Assembly (NCBI GenBank): GCA_040380025.1
Contig: JBEIJY010000005.1
Location: 1-64,000 of the forward strand
From: Bdellovibrionales bacterium
GTDB lineage: Bacteria; Bdellovibrionota; UBA1018; CAIMNF01
Direction of reading: 5' to 3'
Length of the DNA: 64,000 nt
Part shown: positions 1 to 11,502 of the stretch, in pieces
Position numbering within the stretch: the first letter of the stretch is position 1
Layout: every line of letters starts with the position of its first letter
Position numbers and translations under genes: made by a program
Notes under the pieces: generated by a model
Databases searched by the model: none
The model's input: the letters and a program-made list of their open reading frames with translations, nothing else
What the model was told of the DNA's origin: nothing

Positions 1-51
1 AAGAAGGGAAGGGCTTAAATGGCAATTGGGATTCGGGCAGCATCGTTTCAT
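1..51 (-). CDS. 5' fragment of an ORF running off the window, Cys-rich N-terminus (MKRCCPNPNCHLSPSLL...)
   Basis: ATG at 51 (minus). CPNPNC resembles the start of a zinc ribbon, as in IS1/InsA-like proteins. Only 17 codons are visible. Confidence 0.3.
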   Translation of the reverse strand, partial: MKRCCPNPNCHLSPSLL

Positions 52-61
52 GCCTGTTCTA

Positions 62-79
62 AAGCACGAAAAATGCCAA
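62..79 (-). promoter_or_regulatory. Candidate sigma54 -24/-12 promoter
   Basis: Minus strand TTGGCATTTTTCGTGCTT has GG-N10-GC spacing. Predicted +1 is about 52, next to the ATG at 51. Confidence 0.4.
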
Positions 80-142
80 TCATATCAGCCACGAAAAAAT
101 TTTTGGCCGTCAGGAAAGCGCAGGCTCGGGGGGCAGTTTGGA

Positions 143-1318
143 TCAGATACCGTTCCCGGATTTCCTGAGAAGCGCGTTGCAGGATTGCCGCGCGGTCCAG
201 AGTGTTTCGATTCTGGATTGAACTCTTTTTTCGTACAAAATGCCCGCCTGCCGGAGCCCGAGCAAAAGGGCGAAGCCGCCGATCTTCACCGGAAGAAAGG
301 GCATCGAGGAGGCCGTCATCGAGACTACGCTCACGACCGATCCCACTGCCGCACGCTTGCGGAGGGCCGCTTTTTTATAATCTTCATTCAGGTTGGGTTG
401 AAGATTCAACAGATCCTGATACCGGTTCACCGCGCGGTCCCAGATTTGCTGGGAGTTGAAGGCGGCCAAAAAAGATGCGGTGAGCTCGAAGCCGGATGGA
501 AAAGGAACCGGCAATCCCAGCATGGATCCGAGGCCGGATTCGAGGCCGAGCACACTCACCGTGAACAAGGCCTCGAACAAGCCCCAGTTCGCCTTGCCAT
601 GAAGTCGGTCGAGATCGTATTTTTTGACCGGGTCAGAGAGTTTTTTGTCGAGCCAGGACCAAGTCCCGGGCTTGATCCGGTTGTAGATCCGGTCGTTCTT
701 CACGAAGCTCAAAATGCGGTCGTAATTCGCCGCGATCACGCCACAACCGACCGCGACGCCCAGACCGAGCTTCAGCGATTGATCGAGGCCGTAGCCCGCG
801 ATCACAAAGGTCGCGACCCTTCCGGCATACGAATGAGTCAGACGGATGGTGGTGTAAATGGCGTTCGAGTGCCTGAGGTACGCCGAGTTCTCGGCATTGA
901 TTTTCGGGTCGACCAGACCGAAAGACCGGTCGCTCTCGATGAACAGGCCGGTGAGACGATCGTTCAGCTTGCCCAGGAACTCCTGCGCCCGCGAGAGGAT
1001 TTCTTTGAACTGGGCCGGACTGCGCCCGGAGTCGGGTTTCACTGCCGGTTTTACCGCAGAGAACCCTTCGGGATTCGCGGGGTGGAACCAGCCGGTTTCG
1101 ATGATCGAGTTCGGGTTTTCTGTTTTTGCGCGCTGGAGGTCGAGGGTGAGGCGTTCGAGAATGTCGTTTTCGTTCTCGGGGGTGATCTCGGCCGATTCGA
1201 CTTCAATCGTGAACTCATCGACCCGGAGGTCGAGGACGATGGGCTTCACCTCGGCCTGTGCGGCCAGGCCGCAGAAAATCACGCTCAATAGGGGCAGGAA
1301 GTGCGTAAGGCTTTTCAT
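143..1318 (-). CDS. Hypothetical exported membrane protein with C-terminal SCNALL motif
   Basis: 391 aa, signal peptide (MKSLTHFLPLLSVIFCGLAAQA), several hydrophobic helices in the C-terminal half, no family recognised. Confidence 0.75.
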   Translation of the reverse strand: MKSLTHFLPLLSVIFCGLAAQAEVKPIVLDLRVDEFTIEVESAEITPENENDILERLTLDLQRAKTENPNSIIETGWFHPANPEGFSAVKPAVKPDSGRSPAQFKEILSRAQEFLGKLNDRLTGLFIESDRSFGLVDPKINAENSAYLRHSNAIYTTIRLTHSYAGRVATFVIAGYGLDQSLKLGLGVAVGCGVIAANYDRILSFVKNDRIYNRIKPGTWSWLDKKLSDPVKKYDLDRLHGKANWGLFEALFTVSVLGLESGLGSMLGLPVPFPSGFELTASFLAAFNSQQIWDRAVNRYQDLLNLQPNLNEDYKKAALRKRAAVGSVVSVVSMTASSMPFLPVKIGGFALLLGLRQAGILYEKRVQSRIETLWTARQSCNALLRKSGNGI

Positions 1319-1548
1319 CTGGATTCAGATCCGTTTTTTCTCAATTTCATCAATTTCAAAAAAACGCCGACTTGAAGCGAGATGGAATCCTTTCCGAGGG
1401 GGGATGGGGGGTTCTCAGAGAGGACTCATCAGCCTTTTAGCAGTTTTCGCCTGCAAGCAGCTTCAAATCGGCGTTGGTTGTTTCCAACCGGCGGGCACAA
1501 TAGCCCCGAAAGCCGGGGAGCGTCAACAGTTTTTTTAATCAGGGGTGA

Positions 1549-2805
1549 TTAATTCTCCGAAATGCCCGAATTCCTTCGCAATAAATCCAGCGCTGACTGC
1601 GCCGCCCGCTCCTTGGCCCGCTCCCGGTTCGGCTCGTATCGGAATTCCCGCGCGATCGTACCCGCCGGAGTCGCAAGTGCGATCCAGACCGTGCCCAGAG
1701 CAGCATGTTCGTCTCCGCCCGTCGGCCCGAGATACCCCGTGGTGGAGAGGCCATAATCCGCATTCCAGCGCCTGCGGATGGCCTCCGCCATGGCCCGCGC
1801 GGTGAACTCCGAGACCATGCCGTTGCGGCGCAAATCCTCTGCCGGAATCGCGAGCTCCAGGGTTTTGATTTCTTCCTGATACGCGATCATCGACCCCCGA
1901 AGCACCGACGAGGCTCCGGGCACCTGGGTGATCCGGTGAGACACCAGCCCCCCCGTGCAGCTCTCGGCGATCGCAAGGGTTTTCCCGAGCGACTTCAGGT
2001 GCCCGACGAGCGTCCCTTCGAGCGTGGCCGGCTCCATGCCGAAGTAATCTTTTCCGCAAGCCTGCTGGAGCTCTTGCACGAGCGCCTGAAAGCGCGCTTG
2101 ATCTTCGCTGTTCGAGGCTTTCATCAGGAGTCTCAGGCGCACCATGGTGGTCGAGGGCAAAAATGCGAGAGTGAACTCCGGCATGCCGCGGATTTTTTTG
2201 ACCACGGGATCCAGCCGCTCGGCAAGCGCGCTCTCGCCGATCCCGGTGGTGAGCAAGGTCTCCTTCAGGATTTTTCCGCCAGTGTTCCCGCTGCGGGCCG
2301 CAAGGGCGGGAAGAACCACCCGGTTCAGCATGCTCTTCATCTCGTGCGGCACGCCCGGAACCACGAACAAATCGGTGTTTCCGTGACGGATGTGCTGGCC
2401 TGCCGCGGTTCCGCAGTCATTGTCGATACGGACTGCGCCCTTCAGCAGGAGTCCTTGCTTTTGGTTGTTCGCGGGCATCGCCCGCTTGCGCGAACGAAAG
2501 AACTCTTCGACCAGGCCGACCCATTCGTGATCCATCTCGAGCGGGACCTTCAGGAACTTCGACAACGCCTCCATGGTCAGATCATCATGAGTCGGACCGA
2601 GGCCGCCGCTGATCAGGACCGCATCGCTTTTTTTGCAAACAAGCGCGAGTCCTTCCATGATTTCATCGAGCTGATCGCCCACGGTGAGCTGACAGGCCAC
2701 GTCCCAACCGATCGCCGTGAACTGCTCGGCGGCCCACTGGGCATTCGAGTTCAAAACCTGTCCGATCAAAAGCTCATCGCCGATGGTGAGAATCGAGAGT
2801 TTCAT
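1549..2805 (-). CDS. cinA: CinA family protein (MoCF-like domain + PncC NMN deamidase)
   Basis: IGDELLIGQ..N, GGLGPTHDD, PGVPHEM, AESCTGG and VSEFTARAMA motifs. Confidence 0.93.
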   Translation of the reverse strand: MKLSILTIGDELLIGQVLNSNAQWAAEQFTAIGWDVACQLTVGDQLDEIMEGLALVCKKSDAVLISGGLGPTHDDLTMEALSKFLKVPLEMDHEWVGLVEEFFRSRKRAMPANNQKQGLLLKGAVRIDNDCGTAAGQHIRHGNTDLFVVPGVPHEMKSMLNRVVLPALAARSGNTGGKILKETLLTTGIGESALAERLDPVVKKIRGMPEFTLAFLPSTTMVRLRLLMKASNSEDQARFQALVQELQQACGKDYFGMEPATLEGTLVGHLKSLGKTLAIAESCTGGLVSHRITQVPGASSVLRGSMIAYQEEIKTLELAIPAEDLRRNGMVSEFTARAMAEAIRRRWNADYGLSTTGYLGPTGGDEHAALGTVWIALATPAGTIAREFRYEPNRERAKERAAQSALDLLRRNSGISEN

Positions 2806-2817
2806 CTTCCGGTCCTT

Positions 2818-4806
<1,989 letters not shown>

Positions 4807-4895
4807 GTCTCCCCGATGTAAACCCGAATCACGGGGCCCCGCAAGACCGAAAGCGGGTTGTTCCGGCCCGCCGCGGTTTGTGCTAGTTTCGGCTC

Positions 4896-6041
4896 ATGAA
4901 GAAGATCCGCCTCCTCACTCCAGGACCGACCGCGATTCCCGGGAATGTTCTTTCGAAATTCGCCGAGCCCGTGATCCATCATCGCACGAGCTTGTTCGAA
5001 TCCGAGTTCGGGCGCCTGCAGGACCATCTGAAGTGGCTGTTCCAGACCGCCTCTGATGTGCTGACCCTCACGTGCACGGGCACCGGGGCGATGGAAGCGG
5101 CGGTTGCGAATCTGTTTTCTCGGGGCGATGCGGTGATCGTGGTCAATGCCGGCAAGTTCGGCGAACGCTGGACGAAGCTCGCGACCGGGTACGGACTCAC
5201 GGTTTCCGAAATCACAGTCGAACGCGGTTCGGCGCTCGATCCGGCGCTGCTCGAGGCCCGCATCCATGCTGTTCCGGGTGTGAAGGCCGTGCTCTTCCAA
5301 GCCTCCGAAACTTCAACCGGAGCCTTGATGCCTGTCAAAAAAATAGTCGATCTTTGTCGCAACCACGGCATCTTGAGTATTTGCGACGGGATCACCGCGG
5401 TCGGAATCCTCGATCTTCCGATGGACGACTGGGGAATCGACGTGCTGATCACCGGGTCCCAAAAAGCCCTGATGCTTCCGCCCGGGCTCGCTTTCCTCGC
5501 GCTCAGCGATGCCGCATGGAAGGCCGCCGAGAAATCAAGCTGTCCGAAGTTCTACTTCGACCTTCTCCGCGAGCGGAAGATGCAAAAAAAACAGCAAACC
5601 GCCTGGACGCCCGGGATCTCGCTCATCCAAGGCGGGGTGGAATCGCTCGCGATGTTGCGCGAAGAGGGGCTCCCCGCGATTTTTAAACGGCACGAGACGC
5701 TTGCGCACTGCACCCGCGAGGCGGTGCTGGCGCTGGGTCTTGAGCTGTTTTCAAAGTCACCGTCGCCGGTTCTCACCACGGTGAAGGTTCCCGCCGGATT
5801 CACCGTCGAGCAGGGAAAATCCATTCCGAAGCTCATGCAGGATCGCTATGGCGTGATCATCACGGGCGGGCAGGACGAACTTCAGGGCAAGATCATCCGG
5901 CTCTCGCATTTCGGCTATTGCGATGTCTTCGACGTCCTGACCGGAATCGGGGCTCTCGAGCTGGTACTCGCCGATCTCGGGCATCCGGTTTCGTTCGGAG
6001 CGGGAACGGGCGCCGTCCTCAAGGCGTTTCATCGGGGCTAG
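4896..6041 (+). CDS. Class V PLP-dependent aminotransferase (alanine-glyoxylate/serine-pyruvate family)
   Basis: LLTPGPT, GTGAMEAA, ETSTG and GSQKALMLPPG (PLP lysine) motifs. Confidence 0.92.
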   Translation: MKKIRLLTPGPTAIPGNVLSKFAEPVIHHRTSLFESEFGRLQDHLKWLFQTASDVLTLTCTGTGAMEAAVANLFSRGDAVIVVNAGKFGERWTKLATGYGLTVSEITVERGSALDPALLEARIHAVPGVKAVLFQASETSTGALMPVKKIVDLCRNHGILSICDGITAVGILDLPMDDWGIDVLITGSQKALMLPPGLAFLALSDAAWKAAEKSSCPKFYFDLLRERKMQKKQQTAWTPGISLIQGGVESLAMLREEGLPAIFKRHETLAHCTREAVLALGLELFSKSPSPVLTTVKVPAGFTVEQGKSIPKLMQDRYGVIITGGQDELQGKIIRLSHFGYCDVFDVLTGIGALELVLADLGHPVSFGAGTGAVLKAFHRG

Positions 6042-7860
6042 AAAAATCACACTCGAGTGCTTCGAAGTCGCGCTCGCACGCGAGCACCGAGCGGATCGCC
6101 TCGGGGAAGAGGTCCATCTTCCGTTCGTCGCCTTCGGTGTGGGAGTCGAGGATGTAGCGGCGGAGCACAGTCGATTCCTTCGGGAATTCCTTCGAAAGCG
6201 AAGGGCCGGGGCATTGCCACGAATTCCCCGCAAGAAAGACCATTCGGCGGTCCCAAGTCGCTTGGATTTCTTTCAGGTACTCGGCGACCACGAGGCTCCC
6301 GAGGGCGTCCGCAAAGCGCTCCGTCGGAGGAGAGGAATAGTCCTCGTCGATCAGCATCTTCCGGCCCGAGAACTCCCCTTCGGCCCGGATCATCTGCGAC
6401 TCGACCTCGGTGAACAGCACATTGGCAAACGACAGGGCTTTGCCGAGCCTCTCGGCCGGATCCTTTTCGTCCGAGCACTGATGTTCGGCAAGGAACGCGG
6501 TCAGAATCGGAAGCTCCCCGTTCACGTCTTCCCGGTCCCACGAGCTTTGCAAGTAATGACAGGGATTCCGGTAAGACGGGTTCGGAACTCGTTTCCCGTT
6601 CGGAAGCGGGAGCGTCGCGGCGATCAGACGGATGAAGGCCTCCTCGTCGACGAGTCCCCGGATTTTCTCGCGCGATGCGATTGAGGCGAAGCGGTCGATC
6701 GTCTGTTCGTCGAGCGGGCGTGTGCCGGGCTCCTTCTTCAGGCATCGGTTCAATGCGGGGAGGGTCGGCTTGAACTCGCCGAGCTCGGATGCGAGCTCCA
6801 TCGAGCGTTTTTTGAATCCGCTCCAGTCCTCGCACGAAACAGGCGTGGAGGGCTCTGTGCAGAGTTGTTTCCCGAAACTCTCGAGCTCGCGGCTGAAGGT
6901 GCTCTGTTGAAAGTGCAAAAACAGATCGCGATCATTGTCGAGGGCATGCGCGATCTCATGCGAGAGCGTGGTCAGGATGTCCTCGCTATTGAAGTCCCCG
7001 GCGCAGACGGTGATCACGTTGTGGTAAGTATAGTAAAACGCATTCGAGTTCGTCGACGAGCACTCCTGGTCCACGAGCTCCGGGGTTCCTCCGGGAAGAG
7101 CGAGCCGGATCGATGCGATCCGCTCCTTCCACGCGGTTTTCAGTGCAGACGGAACCGGAAGCCTCGGGATCACTTCGAGGTATTTCTTCCGGAGCGACTC
7201 AAAGGTGCGCACCACCTTGTTCCAGTTCGGATGATCCTTCCAGATCGCATTCGAGATCTCCGAAAGGAGGATCCGCCGCTCCATCCTCTCGGTGTGCTCG
7301 ACTTCAGGGGGCATGAGATCCGAGGGAGTCCGGAACGAGTCGGGATAGTGATTCGCCATGCGCAGGATCAGCGCATCCTCGATGGCAAGATTCCACAGAT
7401 GCGCCACTTCATGTTCGGCCTCGTTCACCTGCAGGCGATCGGTCAGGGTCATGCCCTCGAACGGGTCATGATGAATCAGCGAATCCAGCTTCTCGAAGTA
7501 GCGGTGCGCTTTCAGGATCAGCAGAAAATCCTGTGGAAGCTTTTCTTTGTTCCGAATCTTGCTTCGCGCAAGCTCGTAGTACACCTGCCGGATTCCGTTC
7601 TGTTTTTTCCCCTGCAGGACGGTGATCGGAGCGCCCTTCTTTTGATAGATCACGAGGTTTCCATCCGTGCCCGGGTGGTAGAGGGAATCGCAGTAGTCAT
7701 CCATCATGGCGAGGCATCCGGGGCGGTCCGGATTCTTGGACTCGGACTTCGGGGGGTGAAGCGAAGAGAGGGGGGGATCGCTCTTCCGGACCGGAAGAAG
7801 ACCGCACCCGCCGGCGAGAACAGGGACGACGACTGCTGCCCAAAACCGGGGGAGTTTCAC
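6019..7860 (-). CDS. Lipoprotein zinc metallopeptidase, M13/neprilysin-like motifs
   Basis: GTG at 7860 after a purine-rich stretch, lipobox LAGGC, and NAFY, HEIAHALD and ERFAD motifs. Confidence 0.7.
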   Translation of the reverse strand: MKLPRFWAAVVVPVLAGGCGLLPVRKSDPPLSSLHPPKSESKNPDRPGCLAMMDDYCDSLYHPGTDGNLVIYQKKGAPITVLQGKKQNGIRQVYYELARSKIRNKEKLPQDFLLILKAHRYFEKLDSLIHHDPFEGMTLTDRLQVNEAEHEVAHLWNLAIEDALILRMANHYPDSFRTPSDLMPPEVEHTERMERRILLSEISNAIWKDHPNWNKVVRTFESLRKKYLEVIPRLPVPSALKTAWKERIASIRLALPGGTPELVDQECSSTNSNAFYYTYHNVITVCAGDFNSEDILTTLSHEIAHALDNDRDLFLHFQQSTFSRELESFGKQLCTEPSTPVSCEDWSGFKKRSMELASELGEFKPTLPALNRCLKKEPGTRPLDEQTIDRFASIASREKIRGLVDEEAFIRLIAATLPLPNGKRVPNPSYRNPCHYLQSSWDREDVNGELPILTAFLAEHQCSDEKDPAERLGKALSFANVLFTEVESQMIRAEGEFSGRKMLIDEDYSSPPTERFADALGSLVVAEYLKEIQATWDRRMVFLAGNSWQCPGPSLSKEFPKESTVLRRYILDSHTEGDERKMDLFPEAIRSVLACERDFEALECDFSSPDETP

Positions 7861-7977
7861 TCCTCTCAGGATTCCATTCCCCCTTCCGATTGGCAATGGA
7901 GACCTCCCTTGCAAAAAAGTCTTGCCGGAGAGTCAGAGTTCTGTTACTCCTGTTTCTCCTTTCAACAACCTTGGTGC

Positions 7978-8053
7978 GAGTCCATAGCTCAGCTGGTAGA
8001 GCATTTCACTTTTAATGAAAGGGTCGAAGGTTCGAATCCTTCTGGACTCACCA
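7978..8053 (+). tRNA. tRNA-Lys (UUU)
   Basis: 76-nt cloverleaf: GAGTCCA/TGGACTC acceptor stem, TTTCA-CTTTTAA-TGAAA anticodon arm, TTCGAAT T-loop, encoded CCA. Confidence 0.97.
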
Positions 8054-8083
8054 CTTTCAAATAAAATATAAAAGCAAATCCAC

Positions 8084-8656
8084 ATGCTTACCGCGTCTCT
8101 TCCTTTTGTCGGAACCATCCTCTCGCTTGCGGTGCTCGAAACCCTTCTTTCGATCGATAATGCGGTCATTCTGGCGCTGATGGCGCGGGAACTTCCCGAA
8201 CGGGATCAAAAGAAAGCGCTTCGGTACGGCCTCATTGGAGCCGTCGTGTTCCGAACCCTTGCCGTTTATTTCGCGACCCGTTTGGTTCAGTACGCATGGG
8301 TGAAGGCTCTGGGGGGCGCGTATCTGCTCTGGCTTGCGATCCGCTATTTCTTCAAGAAGGGCGGAGAAGAGGCCAAAAAACCGAAGAGAACCCTGACCCG
8401 TTTCTGGGAAGTGGTGTTCTGGATCGAGGTGACCGATCTGGTGTTCGCGGTCGATTCGATTCTCGCCGCCGTGGCGATCACGAGCGACTACTGGGCGATC
8501 GTGGTCGGAGGCATTCTTGGAGTGATTGCCATCCGTTTCGCGGCCGGGGGGATGATCAAACTCCTGAACCGCTATCCCAAACTCGAGTCTCTGGCCTACC
8601 TTTTGGTAGCCGGAGTCGGTCTGAAAGTCCTCTATCAGGTCGCTTATTCCTTCTGA
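8084..8656 (+). CDS. TerC family membrane protein
   Basis: LETLLSIDNAV and DLVFAVDSILAA motifs, multiple TM helices. Confidence 0.9.
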   Translation: MLTASLPFVGTILSLAVLETLLSIDNAVILALMARELPERDQKKALRYGLIGAVVFRTLAVYFATRLVQYAWVKALGGAYLLWLAIRYFFKKGGEEAKKPKRTLTRFWEVVFWIEVTDLVFAVDSILAAVAITSDYWAIVVGGILGVIAIRFAAGGMIKLLNRYPKLESLAYLLVAGVGLKVLYQVAYSF

Positions 8657-9990
8657 TAATCCTGAACTTCAATGTCTTTCTCGGGCACGCCCAAGGTCTT
8701 CGCGATGTCCTTTTTCGAGAGCCCTGCCGTGGCGACTAGGCCCACCATCGTGCGCGAGGGCTGGATGAAGCGCCGCAAAGCCGCATTCACCTCTTCAAGC
8801 GAGATTTTTTCGATCCGCGAGGCGAAATCCCGGAAGTATCCCTCCGGAAGACCAAAGATCACCTCCGTCAGGCCGTTTTCCATTCTCTTGGCGGGAGTGT
8901 TGTACTGAAACCCTGCTCCATTCAGAATACTCATTTTTGACGATGCGAACTCTTCTTTGGTCAGGCCCTTTTCGCCGAGATCCGCGATCATCCGGAGCGC
9001 CTCGCGAATGGCGGCCGGCGTGTCGGAGTTTTTGGGGAAGAAGCTGACCTTCCACGAGTGCGGAGTCGAGCCAAAGCGGAATCCGCTTCCGGCCCCGTAG
9101 GTCCAGCCCCGTTTGACCCGAAGCTCGATCATGAGTCGGGCCTGGAATCCGCCGCCGCCGAAAGCGTGGTTCGCGATCTGGAGCGCATCGAGATCGGGCG
9201 AGCCGAAGGCAACGCCCTTTTGTCCGATCAGAACCTGGGTTTGGGTGCGGTCGGGCTTGTCAAAAATCACGAACCGGGGTTTTCGCGGGTCCGACACGAA
9301 TTCCGAGACCGGCGCCACCGGGCTCTCGATTCCCCGGTCTTTCGTGATCCGGCCCACGAAGGTCTCGAAAGAACTCCGGGGCGCATCTCCCGAGGCGAGA
9401 AGGATCATCCGGTCCGCGGTGATCAGTCGCTGGTACCGCTTCTCGAGGTCCGCGACCTCGAGCTTCTGGATGTCCTTGATTTTTCCGTTGTTCGGCTTCG
9501 AGTAGGGGTGGCCCTTGAAGAACGTCTCATCGAAGCGAAGGCGGACCAACGAGCGATCCTGGTTCAGTTCATTCAAGAGAAGCGAGATGTGCTCCTTCTT
9601 CAGCTTCTCGAGCTCTTGGCCGCGGAACGAGGGGGAAGTGAGGATTTCAGAGAGAAGCGAGAGGTATGCCTCGAGGTTCGACGACAGCACCATGCCCCGG
9701 AACGCGATGAATTCACCGCGCGTCTCGAATTCGATCATTCCCCCCAAACGGTCGAGGGCGAGGTCGATTTGTTGCTTGGTCTTCGATTTGGTGCCCCGGA
9801 GCATCAAGCGCCCCATCAGGTCGGTGACTCCGCTTTTCTGATCGGGGTCTTCGGTCGATCCTCCGCGGAACGCCGCCGTCACATAAACAAGCGGAAGCGA
9901 TTCATCGGTCTCGAAATAAAATTCCACCGCTCCCGCGATCGCCGGAAAAAAAGCCAGAGCCAGGAACAGGGTTCGAATACATGATTTCAT
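8644..9990 (-). CDS. M16 (pitrilysin) family protein, non-catalytic subunit
   Basis: Signal peptide, M16 fold motifs (RL..ELRVKRGWTYG), HxxEH replaced by RLMLR. Confidence 0.85.
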   Translation of the reverse strand: MKSCIRTLFLALAFFPAIAGAVEFYFETDESLPLVYVTAAFRGGSTEDPDQKSGVTDLMGRLMLRGTKSKTKQQIDLALDRLGGMIEFETRGEFIAFRGMVLSSNLEAYLSLLSEILTSPSFRGQELEKLKKEHISLLLNELNQDRSLVRLRFDETFFKGHPYSKPNNGKIKDIQKLEVADLEKRYQRLITADRMILLASGDAPRSSFETFVGRITKDRGIESPVAPVSEFVSDPRKPRFVIFDKPDRTQTQVLIGQKGVAFGSPDLDALQIANHAFGGGGFQARLMIELRVKRGWTYGAGSGFRFGSTPHSWKVSFFPKNSDTPAAIREALRMIADLGEKGLTKEEFASSKMSILNGAGFQYNTPAKRMENGLTEVIFGLPEGYFRDFASRIEKISLEEVNAALRRFIQPSRTMVGLVATAGLSKKDIAKTLGVPEKDIEVQDYQKE

Positions 9991-10011
9991 TGTCGGTTCT
10001 CCTCGGGATGC

Positions 10012-11409
10012 TCAGGATTTTTTCTTCGGAACGGCAGAAAGGATCGTCATCCCCCCTGCATGAAAATATTTACGGACGGTTTCTTGCACCATCGCCGGTG
10101 TCACCTCGCGGATCCGCTCCTGCAGTTCCAGTCCGCGTTCGAGGCTTCCCAGTTCGGTCTCGGATTGTCCGATGAAGTTCGCTTTGCCGCTCGCGGTCGA
10201 AAGACGCTCGAGGAACCGGAAGCGCATGACGTTCTTCGCCCGCTCGAGCTCCTCGGCGGGGACGGCGATCGTCTTCAGCCGTTCGATCTCGCGCATCAGC
10301 ACCGATTCGGCAAGGAGGGCGGGCTTTCCTTTTTGCAGATCCACATCGATCATGAACAGCCCCGGATCACGAAGCGAGAGGGAGCCCGAGGCGACATCGG
10401 CCGCGATTCCGGCATCCTTCAGCGCCCGGTTCAGGCGGCCGCTCCGGGCTTCGGTCAGAAGCCCCTGAATCGCCTCGAACACCGGAAACTCAGATGAGTT
10501 CATCTCGGGGATTTTGAACGCGACCCAAAGTTTTTCGACCTCGACATTCAGCTCGAGGCGCTTTCTTCTTTGCGCCTTTTGGGGGGACTCGGGCTGCGCG
10601 GGTTCATCGGGCGTCTTTTTCGGAGGAATGTGCCCGTATTTCTTTTCGATCCGCGAATAGGCCGACTCCGGGTCGACATCTCCGACGATCACGATGGTCG
10701 CACGATCGGGGCTGTAGAATCGCTCATAAAAATCGCGTGCATCCTGCGCTCCCATGGCGTTCAGGTCCTGCTCGTATCCGATCACCGGCCAATGGTACGG
10801 ATGCTCTTGGAAGGCCGTCTCCATCAGGGTCTGATACATCGTTCCTTCGGCGGAGTTCTCCTTCCGGAAGCGACGCTCGTTTTGAACGACCTCCCTCTCG
10901 GTCTTGAAGGAGGCGTCATTCACGATCAGATTCACCATGCGATCGGCCTCGAGATCCGAGATCAGATCGAACCGCTCCCGGGGGAGCTCCTGAATATAGA
11001 CAGTATGATCATTCGAGGTGAACGCATTCTCGCCTTCCGCACCGGCTTGCTCCAAGAGCGAGTCGAATTCACCCTCTTTGTGGTTCTTCGTGCCCTTGAA
11101 CATCATGTGCTCGAACAGGTGGGCAAGTCCGGTCTTCCCGGTCTGTTCGTTCCGCGACCCCACATCGAACCAGGTCTGGTAGGCGAAGGTGGGCGAGGAG
11201 GAGTCCTGAAGAAGCAGCATCCGGAGCCCGTTCGGAAGGCGGGCGCGCTTCACCTTGAAGTTCCCGGCGAACGGGATCACTTCGAACGAGCCGGATTTTT
11301 CGATTCCGCTCGGGGAGTGCGACTGATTTCGCATCGGGACGTGACTGCACGAAGAAAGAATCAAAGGAATGAGGAAGACGGGGGAGCGTCGGGCAAGAAG
11401 GTTCCGCAT
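10012..11409 (-). CDS. M16 family zinc peptidase, catalytic subunit, probable lipoprotein
   Basis: GLAHLFEHMMFKGT, NAFT..D.T.Y and EREVV..ER motifs. Lipobox ILSSC follows the ATG at 11409. Confidence 0.9.
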   Translation of the reverse strand: MRNLLARRSPVFLIPLILSSCSHVPMRNQSHSPSGIEKSGSFEVIPFAGNFKVKRARLPNGLRMLLLQDSSSPTFAYQTWFDVGSRNEQTGKTGLAHLFEHMMFKGTKNHKEGEFDSLLEQAGAEGENAFTSNDHTVYIQELPRERFDLISDLEADRMVNLIVNDASFKTEREVVQNERRFRKENSAEGTMYQTLMETAFQEHPYHWPVIGYEQDLNAMGAQDARDFYERFYSPDRATIVIVGDVDPESAYSRIEKKYGHIPPKKTPDEPAQPESPQKAQRRKRLELNVEVEKLWVAFKIPEMNSSEFPVFEAIQGLLTEARSGRLNRALKDAGIAADVASGSLSLRDPGLFMIDVDLQKGKPALLAESVLMREIERLKTIAVPAEELERAKNVMRFRFLERLSTASGKANFIGQSETELGSLERGLELQERIREVTPAMVQETVRKYFHAGGMTILSAVPKKKS

Positions 11410-11456
11410 GAATCTTGGATAGCACGAAAAATTCGGAAGGGGTATGCGTTGACCGG

Positions 11457-11486
11457 TTGACGGAACGGCATTCGCCTCATTACTCT
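11457..11486 (+). promoter_or_regulatory. Candidate sigma70 promoter of ftsQ
   Basis: TTGACG-N18-TACTCT upstream of the AGGGGG RBS and TTG start. Confidence 0.4.
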
Positions 11487-11502
11487 TTCCATAGGGGGAA
11501 TC

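Noticed and set aside
7978..8053. tRNA-Lys as an integration site
   Set aside because: No duplicated 3' end or mobility gene noticed nearby.
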